Origin: Myxococcota bacterium
GTDB taxonomy: Bacteria; Myxococcota_A; Polyangia; Nannocystales; Nannocystaceae
Length of the DNA stretch: 64,000 bases
Direction of reading: 5' to 3'
NCBI GenBank assembly: GCA_039028615.1
Contig: JBCCHT010000005.1
Location: 96,001-160,000 of the forward strand
The translations under genes were made by a program, and so were the position numbers. Shown one piece after another: positions 1-9,257 of the stretch. Each line of letters starts with the position of its first letter. The stretch's first letter is position 1. The notes under the pieces are model-generated. The model was not told the origin of the DNA and made no database searches. It saw only the letters and a program-made list of their open reading frames with translations.

Positions 1-76
1 CTTCTCGTTGTGGGCTCGTGAGCTTCGCGGGCAGCTGTCGCCCCCGAGCGAGGGCGAACCCGACGGCGAGGGCTGA
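1..76 (+). CDS. 3' end of a gene entering the window (partial, ...FSLWARELRGQLSPPSEGEPDGEG*)
   Basis: Frame open from position 2 to TGA at 74-76; converges on the minus-strand gene ending at 98. Confidence 0.4.
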   Translation, partial: FSLWARELRGQLSPPSEGEPDGEG

Positions 77-97
77 GCCGCCGCGCAGGTGCTCGGT

Positions 98-694
98 TCA
101 CCCGGGCAGGGCGGAGGGCCAGTAGCCGAGCCGCCCCAGCATGCGGGCCGTGATCCCCTGGTGGGTGGCATCGTGGATCTCGAACTCGAACGCGTCGGCG
201 AGGCGGTCGATGACGTTGAAGGCGAAGCACACGTACATCGCCTCGTGGATCGCTCGCTCGTCGAGGCCGGCCTCGAGTGCGGCTTCGATGTGTTCGGGTC
301 CGAAACTGTCGGGCTCGGTGGTCAGCCGGTACACGAGCTCGAGGGCGGCCCGCACAGGCTCCTCGATCGGCGCGGTGCGATGGTCCTCGAGCACCGCATC
401 GACGACCGCTTGGTCGATGCCGGACACCGCAACTGCGGCGTGGTGGACGGTTCAGTACTCGCAGCGATTGGCCTTGGAGACGAACGCGGAAAACAGCTCG
501 CACTCCGCGTCTTCCCACCGCTGGGCCTTGCGCATCGATCGTTGCAACACCTTGGCCATGGAGCGACCAAAGAGCGCGGGGCGGTAGCTGAGCGCGAGCA
601 CGGGTCCCGGGATCGGGTCGATGATCCGACGCATCACCCAGAGCATGGCCCGCTGCACGCGGGAGTGTCCGTGGTCGACGACCGACAGCCTCAT
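98..694 (-). CDS. AhpD/carboxymuconolactone-decarboxylase-family peroxidase-like protein, putative selenoprotein (CxxU, Sec at codon 81, 198 aa)
   Basis: ORFs 452-694 and 98-427 share a frame; readthrough of TGA (452-454) gives ELFSAFVSKANRCEY-U-TVHH, matching the AhpD motif E..A..VS..N.CxxC...H; C-half has the CMD-type signature FAFNVIDRLADAF. Confidence 0.85.
424..451 (-). promoter_or_regulatory. Candidate bacterial SECIS element
   Basis: mRNA reads UGA-ACCGUCCACC-ACGCCGC-AGUU-GCGGUGU: 7-bp stem (one G-U pair), 4-nt loop with GU, loop 17 nt after the UGA. Confidence 0.7.
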
Positions 695-1041
695 CGGCGC
701 GCCCTCGCTCGCTTCATGGCCTCGAGGCCTCGCTCGAATTGCCCCAAGCTTGCCCCGACCGCCGCGGCCACGGTGAACTCGTACAGCGCGTCTTCGCTGT
801 AGCCCGCGTCGCGGAGGCGGTCGTAGTCCTCGTCGACGACCTTGTAGGCATTACGGGCGACCTTGTCGACGAGCGTCGTCAGCTCGTCGGGGATGTCACC
901 GGGATCGCGAGGGGCCCCGGTGAACGCGGCGCTGCGATCGGCCACGGCGCGGCGCAGCGCGGGCGATGAATCTCCGTCGGCACCGAGCGCGGTGTCGACG
1001 AGCCGTCGCACGATGTCGGGGAGCGCGGTCGGGTCATCCAT
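691..1041 (-). CDS. Small AhpD/CMD-like protein lacking Cys (partner of the selenoprotein)
   Basis: LVDKVARNAYKVVDEDYDRLRDAGYSEDALYEFTVAAAVG resembles the CMD helical motif; ATGA overlap with the downstream gene. Confidence 0.75.
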   Translation of the reverse strand: MDDPTALPDIVRRLVDTALGADGDSSPALRRAVADRSAAFTGAPRDPGDIPDELTTLVDKVARNAYKVVDEDYDRLRDAGYSEDALYEFTVAAAVGASLGQFERGLEAMKRARARR

Positions 1042-1239
1042 GACCTCACGATACCGCCCCGTCGCGGTGAGAACATCGCCACTGGCTCCTGTTTCGACTC
1101 GGTGAGGATGTCGGCGTATCCCACCGTGTATGGGGTTCTCGCCGACGGTACGACGACACTATCGGGTCCGGGCTCGGGGCGTTGTCGGCGACCCACAAGT
1201 GGTGCCGGGTGAGTGCCGGCGGCCTGCCCGGGGTGGAAC

Positions 1240-3345
1240 TCAGAACGAGAACGCGGTGCCGAAGAGCACGAGCAGCGACTGGGCTCGCGCCTCTTGCGTG
1301 TCGGTCATCGTCTGCTGGGTGCCGTCGGAGACGGTGGTGCCCTGGGTGACCCCGGTGAAGGCTCGCTCGCCGAACACGGGGCGGAACTGCAGCATCAGCG
1401 AGACCCACCGACGAATGCGATAGCGGGTGTCGAGCGAGGGCGTGATGATGAAGTTGATGCGGTCCCCGGTGAGGTCTTCGTTGCTGCGGATGGGGAACGA
1501 AAACCCGAGGCCGAAGCCGGCCCCGACCTCGATGCGGCTGGTGGCGGCGACGACCAGGCCGGGCTCGAAGAACACCCGCGCCCAGCCGAAGGCCCGCAGC
1601 TGCTCGTCGGTGGTGGTCTCGGCGCCCACGTCGGAGGGCTCGACCGGCTCCTCTTCGACGAGGCGACTGCCCCAGCGGCCCAGGGTGCCGCCGACCCGCA
1701 GGTCCCAGCCGACCCGCGCCCACTTGGGGTTGCGGGCGCGGAACTGCAGGGCGAACTGGCCCAGCGCGCTGAAGTACACGGGCGGGACGTCGTCGGGGCC
1801 GAAGGTGTCCGACCAGGCGGGGCCACCCCCCGCGGCGAGGTAGAGCTTGAAGGCGGTTCGCCGGGCGGTGCGCTCGGGTCGGCCGAACTCGATGGTGCCG
1901 TTGCGGACCTCGGCCACCGCCTCGTCGTAGGGCCGGTCACCGCGGGGGCGAAAGCGGATGGGCTCACACGAGGCTCCGGGCACCTTGAGCTGGAGCGTCG
2001 GCACATGGGTGACGCCGTAGCGGTGCACTTCGCCGTCTTCGCCGAAGATCTCGACGTCGGTGACCCGGCTGCCGGGGACCTCCGTGCGCCAGGCATCGAC
2101 GGTGGTGTGCAGGTAGATCTGGTCGGCGGGCACGTAGCGGGTGAGCACCTGGCCGTTGGCGGCGAGGGTGTCCGTCCAGCGCTGGGTGGGGCGGGTCTTG
2201 GCGAAGGTGACCTCGAGCGGCAGGTCGAGGTCGAGGGCCGAGTCGTCCATGGTGCCCGGGCAGCGATAGTCGCAGCCGGTCTCGGTCACGGTGGCGCTAC
2301 AGGTGGTGCCCGTCTCGAGGGTGACGGTGGGACAGGCCTCGGCGGGGTAGATGCACTCGGGTCTTCGCCAGCTGAAGCTGACCTGCTTGAACTGCAGCTC
2401 GAAGGGGCTCGCCGGCCATCGCCCCTCCCAACGCGCCCCGAAGCGCGCCGCCGCCTTTCCGTCGTCGGTGGCGGCCAGGTCGATGTCGAGGGTGCCGACC
2501 CCGAGCGGGGCCTGGGGAATCCAGACTTGCAGCGCCCCCGTGCTGGTCAGCGCGCCGACGCAGTGCTCGACCTTCATCTGTACGCCATGGATGCGCAGCG
2601 AGATGCGGTCGCGGTCGCTGGCCTCGAGCCGGGTGCGCGGCAGGATGACCTCGACGACGTGGCAGCGAGGCGTCAGCGGCAGCAAGATCAGCTTGCGCAC
2701 GGGCTCGCCCTCGTTGGCGATGGTCTCTTCGGCTCCTCGCTCGCTGCGGGGATGCGGCAGGTAGTGGCCGCCGAGGCTACGAGCGGTGACCACGACCTGG
2801 TCGAGGTCGGCCTGGACACCGATGGTGGCGATGCCTCCGGTCAGTCGCACCGAGTCGATGGCGGGCGGCGAGCCCTCGAGGTGCTCGAGCAAGATGAACA
2901 GCGGCCGGGGTTTGCGGGCGGCCTCGGCCGCGGCGAGGCTGTCGGAGGTGCAGGCCACGTGTAGCTCGTCGGCGCGGCCCAGGCCCTCGGGGAGCTCGAC
3001 CCGCGGGCGGCAGTCGCCGATGGGATCGTTGGAGCAGCGCTGACGCGTGGACGAGGCCTCGTCGCCGCCCCACAGCGCGGGGTCGACCTGCCAGGAGCTG
3101 CGGCCCACCGCTTCCATGGCATCGGGGTGAGGGGAGAGCACTTCGCTCAGGGATTTGCGCGTGCGCGGGCTCTGGGCCTCGCTGACGACGCACAGGTGCG
3201 TGGGGACGTCGCCGGCCTCGGGCCGCAGGTCGAGGGTGACGACGCCGTACTCTTCCGCCGCGGCCACACGCGGCCACACCACCATCACCAGGACGACGAC
3301 CAGCGCCGCCCACCAAGGTCCCGAGCAGCGGCTCAGGACTCGCAT
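1240..3345 (-). CDS. Secreted Cys-containing protein with probable C-terminal outer-membrane beta-barrel (701 aa)
   Basis: ATG at 3345; signal peptide (WWAALVVVLVMVVWPRVAAA); amphipathic beta-strands in the last ~180 aa, ending in GTAFSF (terminal Phe); overlaps the kinase stop. Confidence 0.75.
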   Translation of the reverse strand: MRVLSRCSGPWWAALVVVLVMVVWPRVAAAEEYGVVTLDLRPEAGDVPTHLCVVSEAQSPRTRKSLSEVLSPHPDAMEAVGRSSWQVDPALWGGDEASSTRQRCSNDPIGDCRPRVELPEGLGRADELHVACTSDSLAAAEAARKPRPLFILLEHLEGSPPAIDSVRLTGGIATIGVQADLDQVVVTARSLGGHYLPHPRSERGAEETIANEGEPVRKLILLPLTPRCHVVEVILPRTRLEASDRDRISLRIHGVQMKVEHCVGALTSTGALQVWIPQAPLGVGTLDIDLAATDDGKAAARFGARWEGRWPASPFELQFKQVSFSWRRPECIYPAEACPTVTLETGTTCSATVTETGCDYRCPGTMDDSALDLDLPLEVTFAKTRPTQRWTDTLAANGQVLTRYVPADQIYLHTTVDAWRTEVPGSRVTDVEIFGEDGEVHRYGVTHVPTLQLKVPGASCEPIRFRPRGDRPYDEAVAEVRNGTIEFGRPERTARRTAFKLYLAAGGGPAWSDTFGPDDVPPVYFSALGQFALQFRARNPKWARVGWDLRVGGTLGRWGSRLVEEEPVEPSDVGAETTTDEQLRAFGWARVFFEPGLVVAATSRIEVGAGFGLGFSFPIRSNEDLTGDRINFIITPSLDTRYRIRRWVSLMLQFRPVFGERAFTGVTQGTTVSDGTQQTMTDTQEARAQSLLVLFGTAFSF

Positions 3346-4964
3346 TGATCCTCGGTGGTCGATACGCACAGATAGTAGCGCGAGCAGTCCGAGGGGCGGA
3401 GTCCGTCCCCGGGCTGCAGCCCGGCTCGTCGGTACTCGGGCGCTTGCTGGGCGCACTCGTAGCACTGACCCTTCTTGGTCTCGACGAAGCGTTCGTGCCG
3501 ACGCTGGTGATGGAGGAAATTGAAGCGATCCTGCCGGAAGTAGCAGATTTCGGTCTTGCGCTTGCGTTTGGGGGCCTTGGTGCCGACGTCCGGGCTCGCG
3601 GTGGTGCCCTCGTCTTCGCTGGCGACGCCATCGGTTGCACCCGCCGCATCGGGTTCGGGGGCGGCGACGGCATCGGCGGCCGAGGTGGCCTCCGGGGCGG
3701 GCTCGGGCTCGGGCTCCAGCTCGGCGGGGGTCAGCGCTTTCGTGGGGGCGAGCGCGGCCGGGGCGGCGGCGGCGGAGGGATCGGCAGGCGGACGAGACTG
3801 GGCGACCAAGCTGGCCGCGTCGCTGGCCTCGGTGACGGCGGAGTCGTCGTTGCCCGCGATCCACAGCCCCATGCCGCCGAGCGAGAGCAGGGCGAGCGCA
3901 CCCATGGTCATGGCGGTGACCCGGGCCCGTCGACGTCGGCGGCGGGCGACGTTGGGATCGATGAGCGCCTCTTCGAGGCGATCGAGCAGGGGCTCGAGCC
4001 CAGGGTGGCGATCGGCGGGGTCGATGGCCAGTCCCCGCACGACCTCGGCGTGGACCCACGCGCGAACCTTGCTCTCCGACGGTGGATCGAGGACCCGGCC
4101 GTGTCGCACGCTCTTGCGGTACTCGCCGATCGAGTTGCCGGCAAAGGGCGGGTAGCCGTACAGCGCCTCGTAGAGGGCGACACAGAAGCTGAACTGATCG
4201 CTGCGGGCGTTGGCCACGGCCCCGGACTCTTGCTCGGGGGCCATGTACTTGGGCGTGCCCAGCAGGGTGCCGGTCTGGGTGAGCGTGCCCGAGGGGCCTT
4301 GCAGGTCGCCCGTGTCGCGATCGAGCTCCGATTCTTCGGAGGCGCTGTCGAGCGCGGCCGGGCCTCCGGCGAGCCCGAAGTCACCCACACGAACCCGACC
4401 GTCCGCGCCGACGAGTACGTTCTCGGGCTTGAAGTCGCGGTGGATGACGCCGGCCGCATGCGCGGCGGCCAGGCCTCGGCCCGCCTCGACGTAGCGGCGA
4501 AGAATCTCGCGCCAGGCGGGTTTTTCCTCGGTGAGCCAGTGGGCGAGGCTGCGGCCCTCCACGAACTCCATGGCGATGAACACCCCGTCCTCGACCGTGC
4601 CCACGTCGTAGACGTGGATGACGTTGGGGTGGGCCAGCCGAGCCATGGCCCGGGCTTCCCGGACCACGCGGGCCCGCGCGGTGGCCGGGTCCTTGGTGCT
4701 CGTGGTGCTCGGGTGCATGAGCTTGACCGCGACGTCGCGGGCGAGCTCGGGGTCGTGGGCGCGATAGACCACGCCCATGCCGCCGGCTCCGATGCGCCCC
4801 TCCACCCGATAGCGACCCACGCGGACCGGCTGTCGGGGCCCCGAGAACAACCGGCTGGCGATGGCGGCCCGGGCCCGACGCGCCTCGACGTCATCGCCCT
4901 GGGGGGCGGCACGGCGCAGTGGATCCCCCGTAGAGGGGGCTGAGGGCTCGATTGAAGCGCTCAC
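3333..4964 (-). CDS. Membrane Ser/Thr protein kinase (Hanks type)
   Basis: GAGGMG, VAVK, HRDFKPEN, DFG, GTPKYMAPE; TM helix after an Arg run; Ala/Pro/Glu linker; small C-terminal domain with 6 Cys. Confidence 0.95.
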   Translation of the reverse strand: MSASIEPSAPSTGDPLRRAAPQGDDVEARRARAAIASRLFSGPRQPVRVGRYRVEGRIGAGGMGVVYRAHDPELARDVAVKLMHPSTTSTKDPATARARVVREARAMARLAHPNVIHVYDVGTVEDGVFIAMEFVEGRSLAHWLTEEKPAWREILRRYVEAGRGLAAAHAAGVIHRDFKPENVLVGADGRVRVGDFGLAGGPAALDSASEESELDRDTGDLQGPSGTLTQTGTLLGTPKYMAPEQESGAVANARSDQFSFCVALYEALYGYPPFAGNSIGEYRKSVRHGRVLDPPSESKVRAWVHAEVVRGLAIDPADRHPGLEPLLDRLEEALIDPNVARRRRRRARVTAMTMGALALLSLGGMGLWIAGNDDSAVTEASDAASLVAQSRPPADPSAAAAPAALAPTKALTPAELEPEPEPAPEATSAADAVAAPEPDAAGATDGVASEDEGTTASPDVGTKAPKRKRKTEICYFRQDRFNFLHHQRRHERFVETKKGQCYECAQQAPEYRRAGLQPGDGLRPSDCSRYYLCVSTTEDQCES

Positions 4965-5181
4965 GACGAACGTTGTCGGGTCCAGGCCACGTGGGCGAGA
5001 CGTGGAAACGGGCGCCGGGGGCGTCCGCGCACAGGATAGCCTCGCGCTCGGATCACGCCAGGGATGGAGCGCAATGAACTGTTAGTTTTGCCGGCTTTCT
5101 CACAAAGTTTTCGCGATGGCGCCGGGATCCTGTGGGGGGTCCTTCCACCGCGGGCGCCGTCGGGCGTCGGCCGGCTCCGAT

Positions 5182-5619
5182 TCAGGAGCTGCCGCGCACG
5201 GCTCGGTCGAGCGCCTCGATGAACGCATCGTTCGTCTTGTACGAGACCACGTCCGCTTTCAGGATGAGGTTTCCGACCTTGATCCCCATCTGGATGGGCC
5301 ACGACGACGGGTTGGCGAACACGTGCACGGCCACGATGCGGTCGTTGACGTTGCGGAACACGCCGAAGATCGAGTCGCGGACGTTGCTGGTGAAGTGCTC
5401 GAGCTCCGCCGCATGGAAGAAGATGCGGGACGCGCCATCGATGACGTGATGGCGGAGGTCGGTGGAAAACAGGGGCTCGGCCTCGTCGGTGAGCGCGCCG
5501 CACATCTCGACCAACACGGCGTCGTCGGTGATGCGGTGGATGTTCACTTCACCACTCGTGCCGTTCCATCGCTGGTTGGATAGCGAAGAGTCTTGGAACG
5601 TCTCGAGTGATTCGTGCAT
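5182..5619 (-). CDS. STAS/SpoIIAA-like small alpha/beta protein
   Basis: C-terminal 145 aa of the long ORF, from ATG at 5619; alternating strand/helix pattern (VLVEMCG, RIFFHAAEL, VAVHVF) ending in ..EAL.. Confidence 0.55.
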   Translation of the reverse strand: MHESLETFQDSSLSNQRWNGTSGEVNIHRITDDAVLVEMCGALTDEAEPLFSTDLRHHVIDGASRIFFHAAELEHFTSNVRDSIFGVFRNVNDRIVAVHVFANPSSWPIQMGIKVGNLILKADVVSYKTNDAFIEALDRAVRGSS

Positions 5620-5861
5620 CGTCGGCCTCGCGTTTGGGCGACGAACTCCATGCGCGCTCGTGGTGCCCTCCCGAAAATTCACCCTAACCTCCAGCGCCGT
5701 TGTCGGTGCGTCCTGAGATGGAACGAGAATCGGCCCGTTCGCGTCGCCCGTTCGAGCCTCCGCGGGGGCGATACCGCTCGAGGAGGACAGCGCGAAAACG
5801 AACGCGGAGTCGACGTCGGATCGATGCGAGCAGGCGGGGGCTGCCGTCGGGCGACTCGGCG

Positions 5862-6590
5862 TCAGGACGGCGACGGCTCGGCCGACGCGGCGAGGCGCCC
5901 GCGAAATACCGTGCCGAGCAGGGTGAAGAACAGCAGGTACGCGATGCTGAGACCCGCCCCCGAGACGGGGGCCGAGACCCCGTCGGGGAGGACGTTGATG
6001 ATCGCGATGACGATCATCATGCCGAACAACGGGGTGGTGATTCCACTCCAGCGCGGCAGCGAGGTTCGACCCCGAAAGACCATCACCGCGACGTTGAGCC
6101 ACGCCACCGTGAACAGCAGCATCGCGAGCCCCCATCCGACGTAGAACACCATGATGAAGGTGTTGGCCGTCTCGAGCAGCGCAGGATGAGCGGATGGCTC
6201 CGTGTGCTCGACGAGCTTGAGGACCTCGCCCACGAACGCGAGCGTCGAGTGGAGCAGGGGAGACAGCACGACCGCGGCGAACAGGGCGGCGAAGGAGGCC
6301 GTGCGGTACCAGCCTTCGGCCATGCGAAGGGTGCGAGCGGTGAGCCAGACCCCGCAACACAGCAACGGTACGCACGCCGCGATGAGCAGCCGGGCCGCGA
6401 CGAGGGCATCGGTGGGGGCCGAGACCAAGGGCAGGGACAGCTCGGGGGCGAGCTGGTCGGCGTAGACCTCGGTGAACAGGGGATGGGCGGCCGGGTCGAC
6501 GGGGTTGCCGAGGATGAGCACGTCGCCGGCGATCAACATGAGTGCCCCGAGGGCAGCACCCACCACGAGCGGGAGGTTGCGGTTCGGCAC
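5862..6590 (-). CDS. Multi-pass membrane protein (DUF6796/DUF4386-like)
   Basis: GTG start at 6590; about 6 hydrophobic segments; GALMLIAGDVL N-terminus and TSLPRW motif. Confidence 0.7.
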   Translation of the reverse strand: MPNRNLPLVVGAALGALMLIAGDVLILGNPVDPAAHPLFTEVYADQLAPELSLPLVSAPTDALVAARLLIAACVPLLCCGVWLTARTLRMAEGWYRTASFAALFAAVVLSPLLHSTLAFVGEVLKLVEHTEPSAHPALLETANTFIMVFYVGWGLAMLLFTVAWLNVAVMVFRGRTSLPRWSGITTPLFGMMIVIAIINVLPDGVSAPVSGAGLSIAYLLFFTLLGTVFRGRLAASAEPSPS

Positions 6591-6600
6591 GACGCCGACT

Positions 6601-7506
6601 CTACCGTTCGTCGGGGGTCGGGGCGGCAACGCAATGCCGTTGAGGCGGGAGCGCTCGCGCGAGCGACCGCAGTGCATCGAGGGCGGGTTCTTCCCGTCGT
6701 GCATCGAGGCACCCGAGCAACACTCGCAGGGTGTGTCCGACCTCGAGCAGCACCTCCACTTCGCCGCGCGCCCGGGCGTCTTCGGCGGTGTAGTCGTGCA
6801 GCACGCCGACCCCCGCGCCCGCGGCCACGAGTGTTCGGGTGGCGCTCTCTCGATCGACTTCGACGATACGGACCGGTTCGATCGCGTGGCGTTCGAGCAG
6901 AGCCCGCGCGGCCTGGCCACACGACGAGTCGGCGGGGGGGAGGATCCAAGGGGTGGCCGCCATGGTCTCCCACTGGAGCTCGCCGAACCCGGCCGGGGCC
7001 ACCAGGCGGAGCCCGAAGCGCGCGACCTCTTCGCAGTGCATGCGCGCATCCACGTCGGCCTCGGCGTTGAAGAAGCCTGCGTCCAGTCGCCCTGCGAGCA
7101 GCTCCGCGATCACCGTCGACGAGTCGCCTTCGGTCAGCCGCAGCTCGATCGCGGGGTAGCGCTCGCCCAACGCGGAGACCAGTCGCCCCGCGACGGAGGC
7201 GTTGGAGTTGGCACCGAGCCCCAGTCGCAGCACGCCGCTGGGCATCCCCCGGATCCGCGCGGCCGCGGAGAGCACCTCGTGATGGGCGTCGACCGCCCGC
7301 TCGGCCGTGGTGCGCAGTCGTTCTCCCTCGGGCGTGAGCTGCATGCCCCGGGCGGTGCGCTCGAACAGGGCCAGCTCGAGGGTGTCTTCGAGGGCTTTGA
7401 CCTGCGCGCTGACGGCAGGCTGGCTGAGGCGCAACTCGGCCGCCGCGCGGGTGATGCTGCCGGCTCGCGCGACCGCGAGGAAGGTCCTGAGCTGCTGGAT
7501 CTCCAC
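6601..7506 (-). CDS. LysR family transcriptional regulator
   Basis: QLRTFLAVARAGSITRAAAELRLSQPAVSAQVKALEDTLELALFER HTH, followed by substrate-binding domain. Confidence 0.95.
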   Translation of the reverse strand: MEIQQLRTFLAVARAGSITRAAAELRLSQPAVSAQVKALEDTLELALFERTARGMQLTPEGERLRTTAERAVDAHHEVLSAAARIRGMPSGVLRLGLGANSNASVAGRLVSALGERYPAIELRLTEGDSSTVIAELLAGRLDAGFFNAEADVDARMHCEEVARFGLRLVAPAGFGELQWETMAATPWILPPADSSCGQAARALLERHAIEPVRIVEVDRESATRTLVAAGAGVGVLHDYTAEDARARGEVEVLLEVGHTLRVLLGCLDARREEPALDALRSLARALPPQRHCVAAPTPDER

Positions 7507-7569
7507 CGTCGTCGCCAACCGTAGCATCGGGCCTGTCGCGTGACCCGAGGTTGGAACGGCACCGACCGA

Positions 7570-8406
7570 TCAGGGCCCTCGCTCGCCCCGGACGATCGCC
7601 ACGCGGCACGGCAACGTGACGCGGCCGTCGTGCTCGTGCTCCTGCAGGGCTCGGGTCAGGGCCGCGTGTGCCCGCTCGTGGGCGGCGGCCCCGGCTCGCG
7701 CCAGCAGCTCGGCCAACGTCGAGTACGCCGCGAGGCAGAACTCGGCCGACGCAGCGGCATCGAGCCCGCCGCCCACGGCCAAGCGTCCCGACCACGCCTC
7801 GGTCGAGACCCCGGCGAAGCCGACCTCGCGCAGCAACCGCTCCAGCGCTCCGTCCTCGCCGTAGCGGAATGGACCCGGGGCATCGGGGGTGGCCGCGGGC
7901 AGGTCGACGATGCGGCCGATGACGTCGCGCACCACGGTGACCCACGGGTTGTCTCGAGCCGCGCCCCAGACCGCGAACGCGAAGCGGCCACCCGGGTTCA
8001 GCCAGTGTCGCAGGTTCGCGAAGGCGGCGTGTGGATCGGCGAAGAACATGACCCCGAAGCGCGAGGCCAAGCGATCGTAGCGACGCTCGGGACGGAACTG
8101 CTCCGCGTCGGCCACCTGAAACTCGACCTCGAGGTCACCCGCCCGCTCTCGGGCGCTGCGAACCAGGCGGGCGTTGATGTCGTAGCCATGGACGACCGAG
8201 CCCGTCGGGGCGGCGCGGGCGATGCTGCGCGAGGTGTGGCCGCCGCCGCACCCGATGTCCGCCACGCGGCAGCGATCGTCCAGATCCAGGGCCGCCACCA
8301 GCGGCTCGTCGACCACGTGGAGCATCGCCTCCATCGGTTCGAGGTGTTGCTGCCACTTGTCTCCCCGCCAGCCGGGCCAATCGGGGGTCGTGCTGCCAGA
8401 TTGCAT
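7570..8406 (-). CDS. Class I SAM-dependent methyltransferase
   Basis: VADIGCGGG motif I, YD.LASRFGVMFFADP, LNPGGRFAF. Confidence 0.92.
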   Translation of the reverse strand: MQSGSTTPDWPGWRGDKWQQHLEPMEAMLHVVDEPLVAALDLDDRCRVADIGCGGGHTSRSIARAAPTGSVVHGYDINARLVRSARERAGDLEVEFQVADAEQFRPERRYDRLASRFGVMFFADPHAAFANLRHWLNPGGRFAFAVWGAARDNPWVTVVRDVIGRIVDLPAATPDAPGPFRYGEDGALERLLREVGFAGVSTEAWSGRLAVGGGLDAAASAEFCLAAYSTLAELLARAGAAAHERAHAALTRALQEHEHDGRVTLPCRVAIVRGERGP

Positions 8407-8468
8407 GGCGTCACCCTGAACCGTCGCGTCCGCGACGACCAATCGTTTGTGCCGAGGTCTGACCTCGG

Positions 8469-9257
8469 CTACTCCGAGGGCGCCGTCGCGTCCTGGGCCG
8501 CGTCTTCCACCACGGTGGCCACGCGCCACAGACCGAGGCCGACACTCAGCGCCGACAGCAGCCGCACGCCCCACAGCGAACCGGTGGTGAGTCCCGCGAG
8601 GGCCATCCACAAGATGGTGCCCATGATCACCACTTGGCCGAGCGACAGCAGCAGGCACGGGATGAGCAGTCCGGGGCGCCGAACGACCCGACCGAGCCCC
8701 TGCACGGTAGAGCGCACGCTCCACGGCGCTGCACCGTGTTCCACCACCGCGACGCGGGTCGCGTCCTGAGCCACGCCGCACAACATCCAGACCAAGGGAC
8801 CGAGGATCCACAGGACGATGGGCGGCGCGGCCATCACCGAGACGACCACGATCGCCATCAGCAGCGCGCGCAGCAGCAGGTGCCACACCGACTGCACCAG
8901 CACGGGGAGCAGGCCGGACAGCGCCCGCCCGCCCAGCTCCGACCACGGCCGCGGCCCGGCGAGGCGCACGATGAGCAGCGGGGACAGCAGCGTCCAGGTG
9001 ATCGCGCCGAGGACCAGGCTGGCGATGGCCGAGGTGGCCAACCCGGCGCCGACGGCCGGGTGATCGCGGAGCACGTCGACGACCCCGAAGAGCATCCGTG
9101 AGGTGTCCAGCGCGTCGAAGGACTTGAGCGCGGCCACGGTGAGCATCTGGATCTGCCAGCCGATGAGGCCGGCCACCGCCGCCATCCACAGCCAACCGCC
9201 GAGCCACCAGCCGGGGGCGCCCAGCGTTCGCCTCAAGCCGCCGATGAGCCGACTCAT
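8469..9257 (-). CDS. Multi-pass membrane protein coupled to the M1 peptidase
   Basis: ATG at 9257 overlaps the peptidase stop (ATGA); about 6 TM segments. Confidence 0.75.
   Translation of the reverse strand: MSRLIGGLRRTLGAPGWWLGGWLWMAAVAGLIGWQIQMLTVAALKSFDALDTSRMLFGVVDVLRDHPAVGAGLATSAIASLVLGAITWTLLSPLLIVRLAGPRPWSELGGRALSGLLPVLVQSVWHLLLRALLMAIVVVSVMAAPPIVLWILGPLVWMLCGVAQDATRVAVVEHGAAPWSVRSTVQGLGRVVRRPGLLIPCLLLSLGQVVIMGTILWMALAGLTTGSLWGVRLLSALSVGLGLWRVATVVEDAAQDATAPSE

Noticed and set aside
98..100. Second TGA (also followed by ACCG) as another Sec codon
   Set aside because: Falls at the natural end of the domain, no redox motif, and a convergent gene ends at 76
98..694. Pseudogene or two separate small genes
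   Set aside because: A single stop exactly at the catalytic Cys position, an intact frame on both sides and a SECIS-like hairpin favour Sec recoding; not fully excluded without seeing the sel genes
1213..2964. Long antisense or alternate-frame ORFs (also 3345-4943, 10061-11485, 19391-21274, 34265-36355, 38209-40152, 48945-51398, 58731-61538)
   Set aside because: Shadow ORFs of GC-rich genes; no motifs, and they overlap well-supported genes on the other strand or frame
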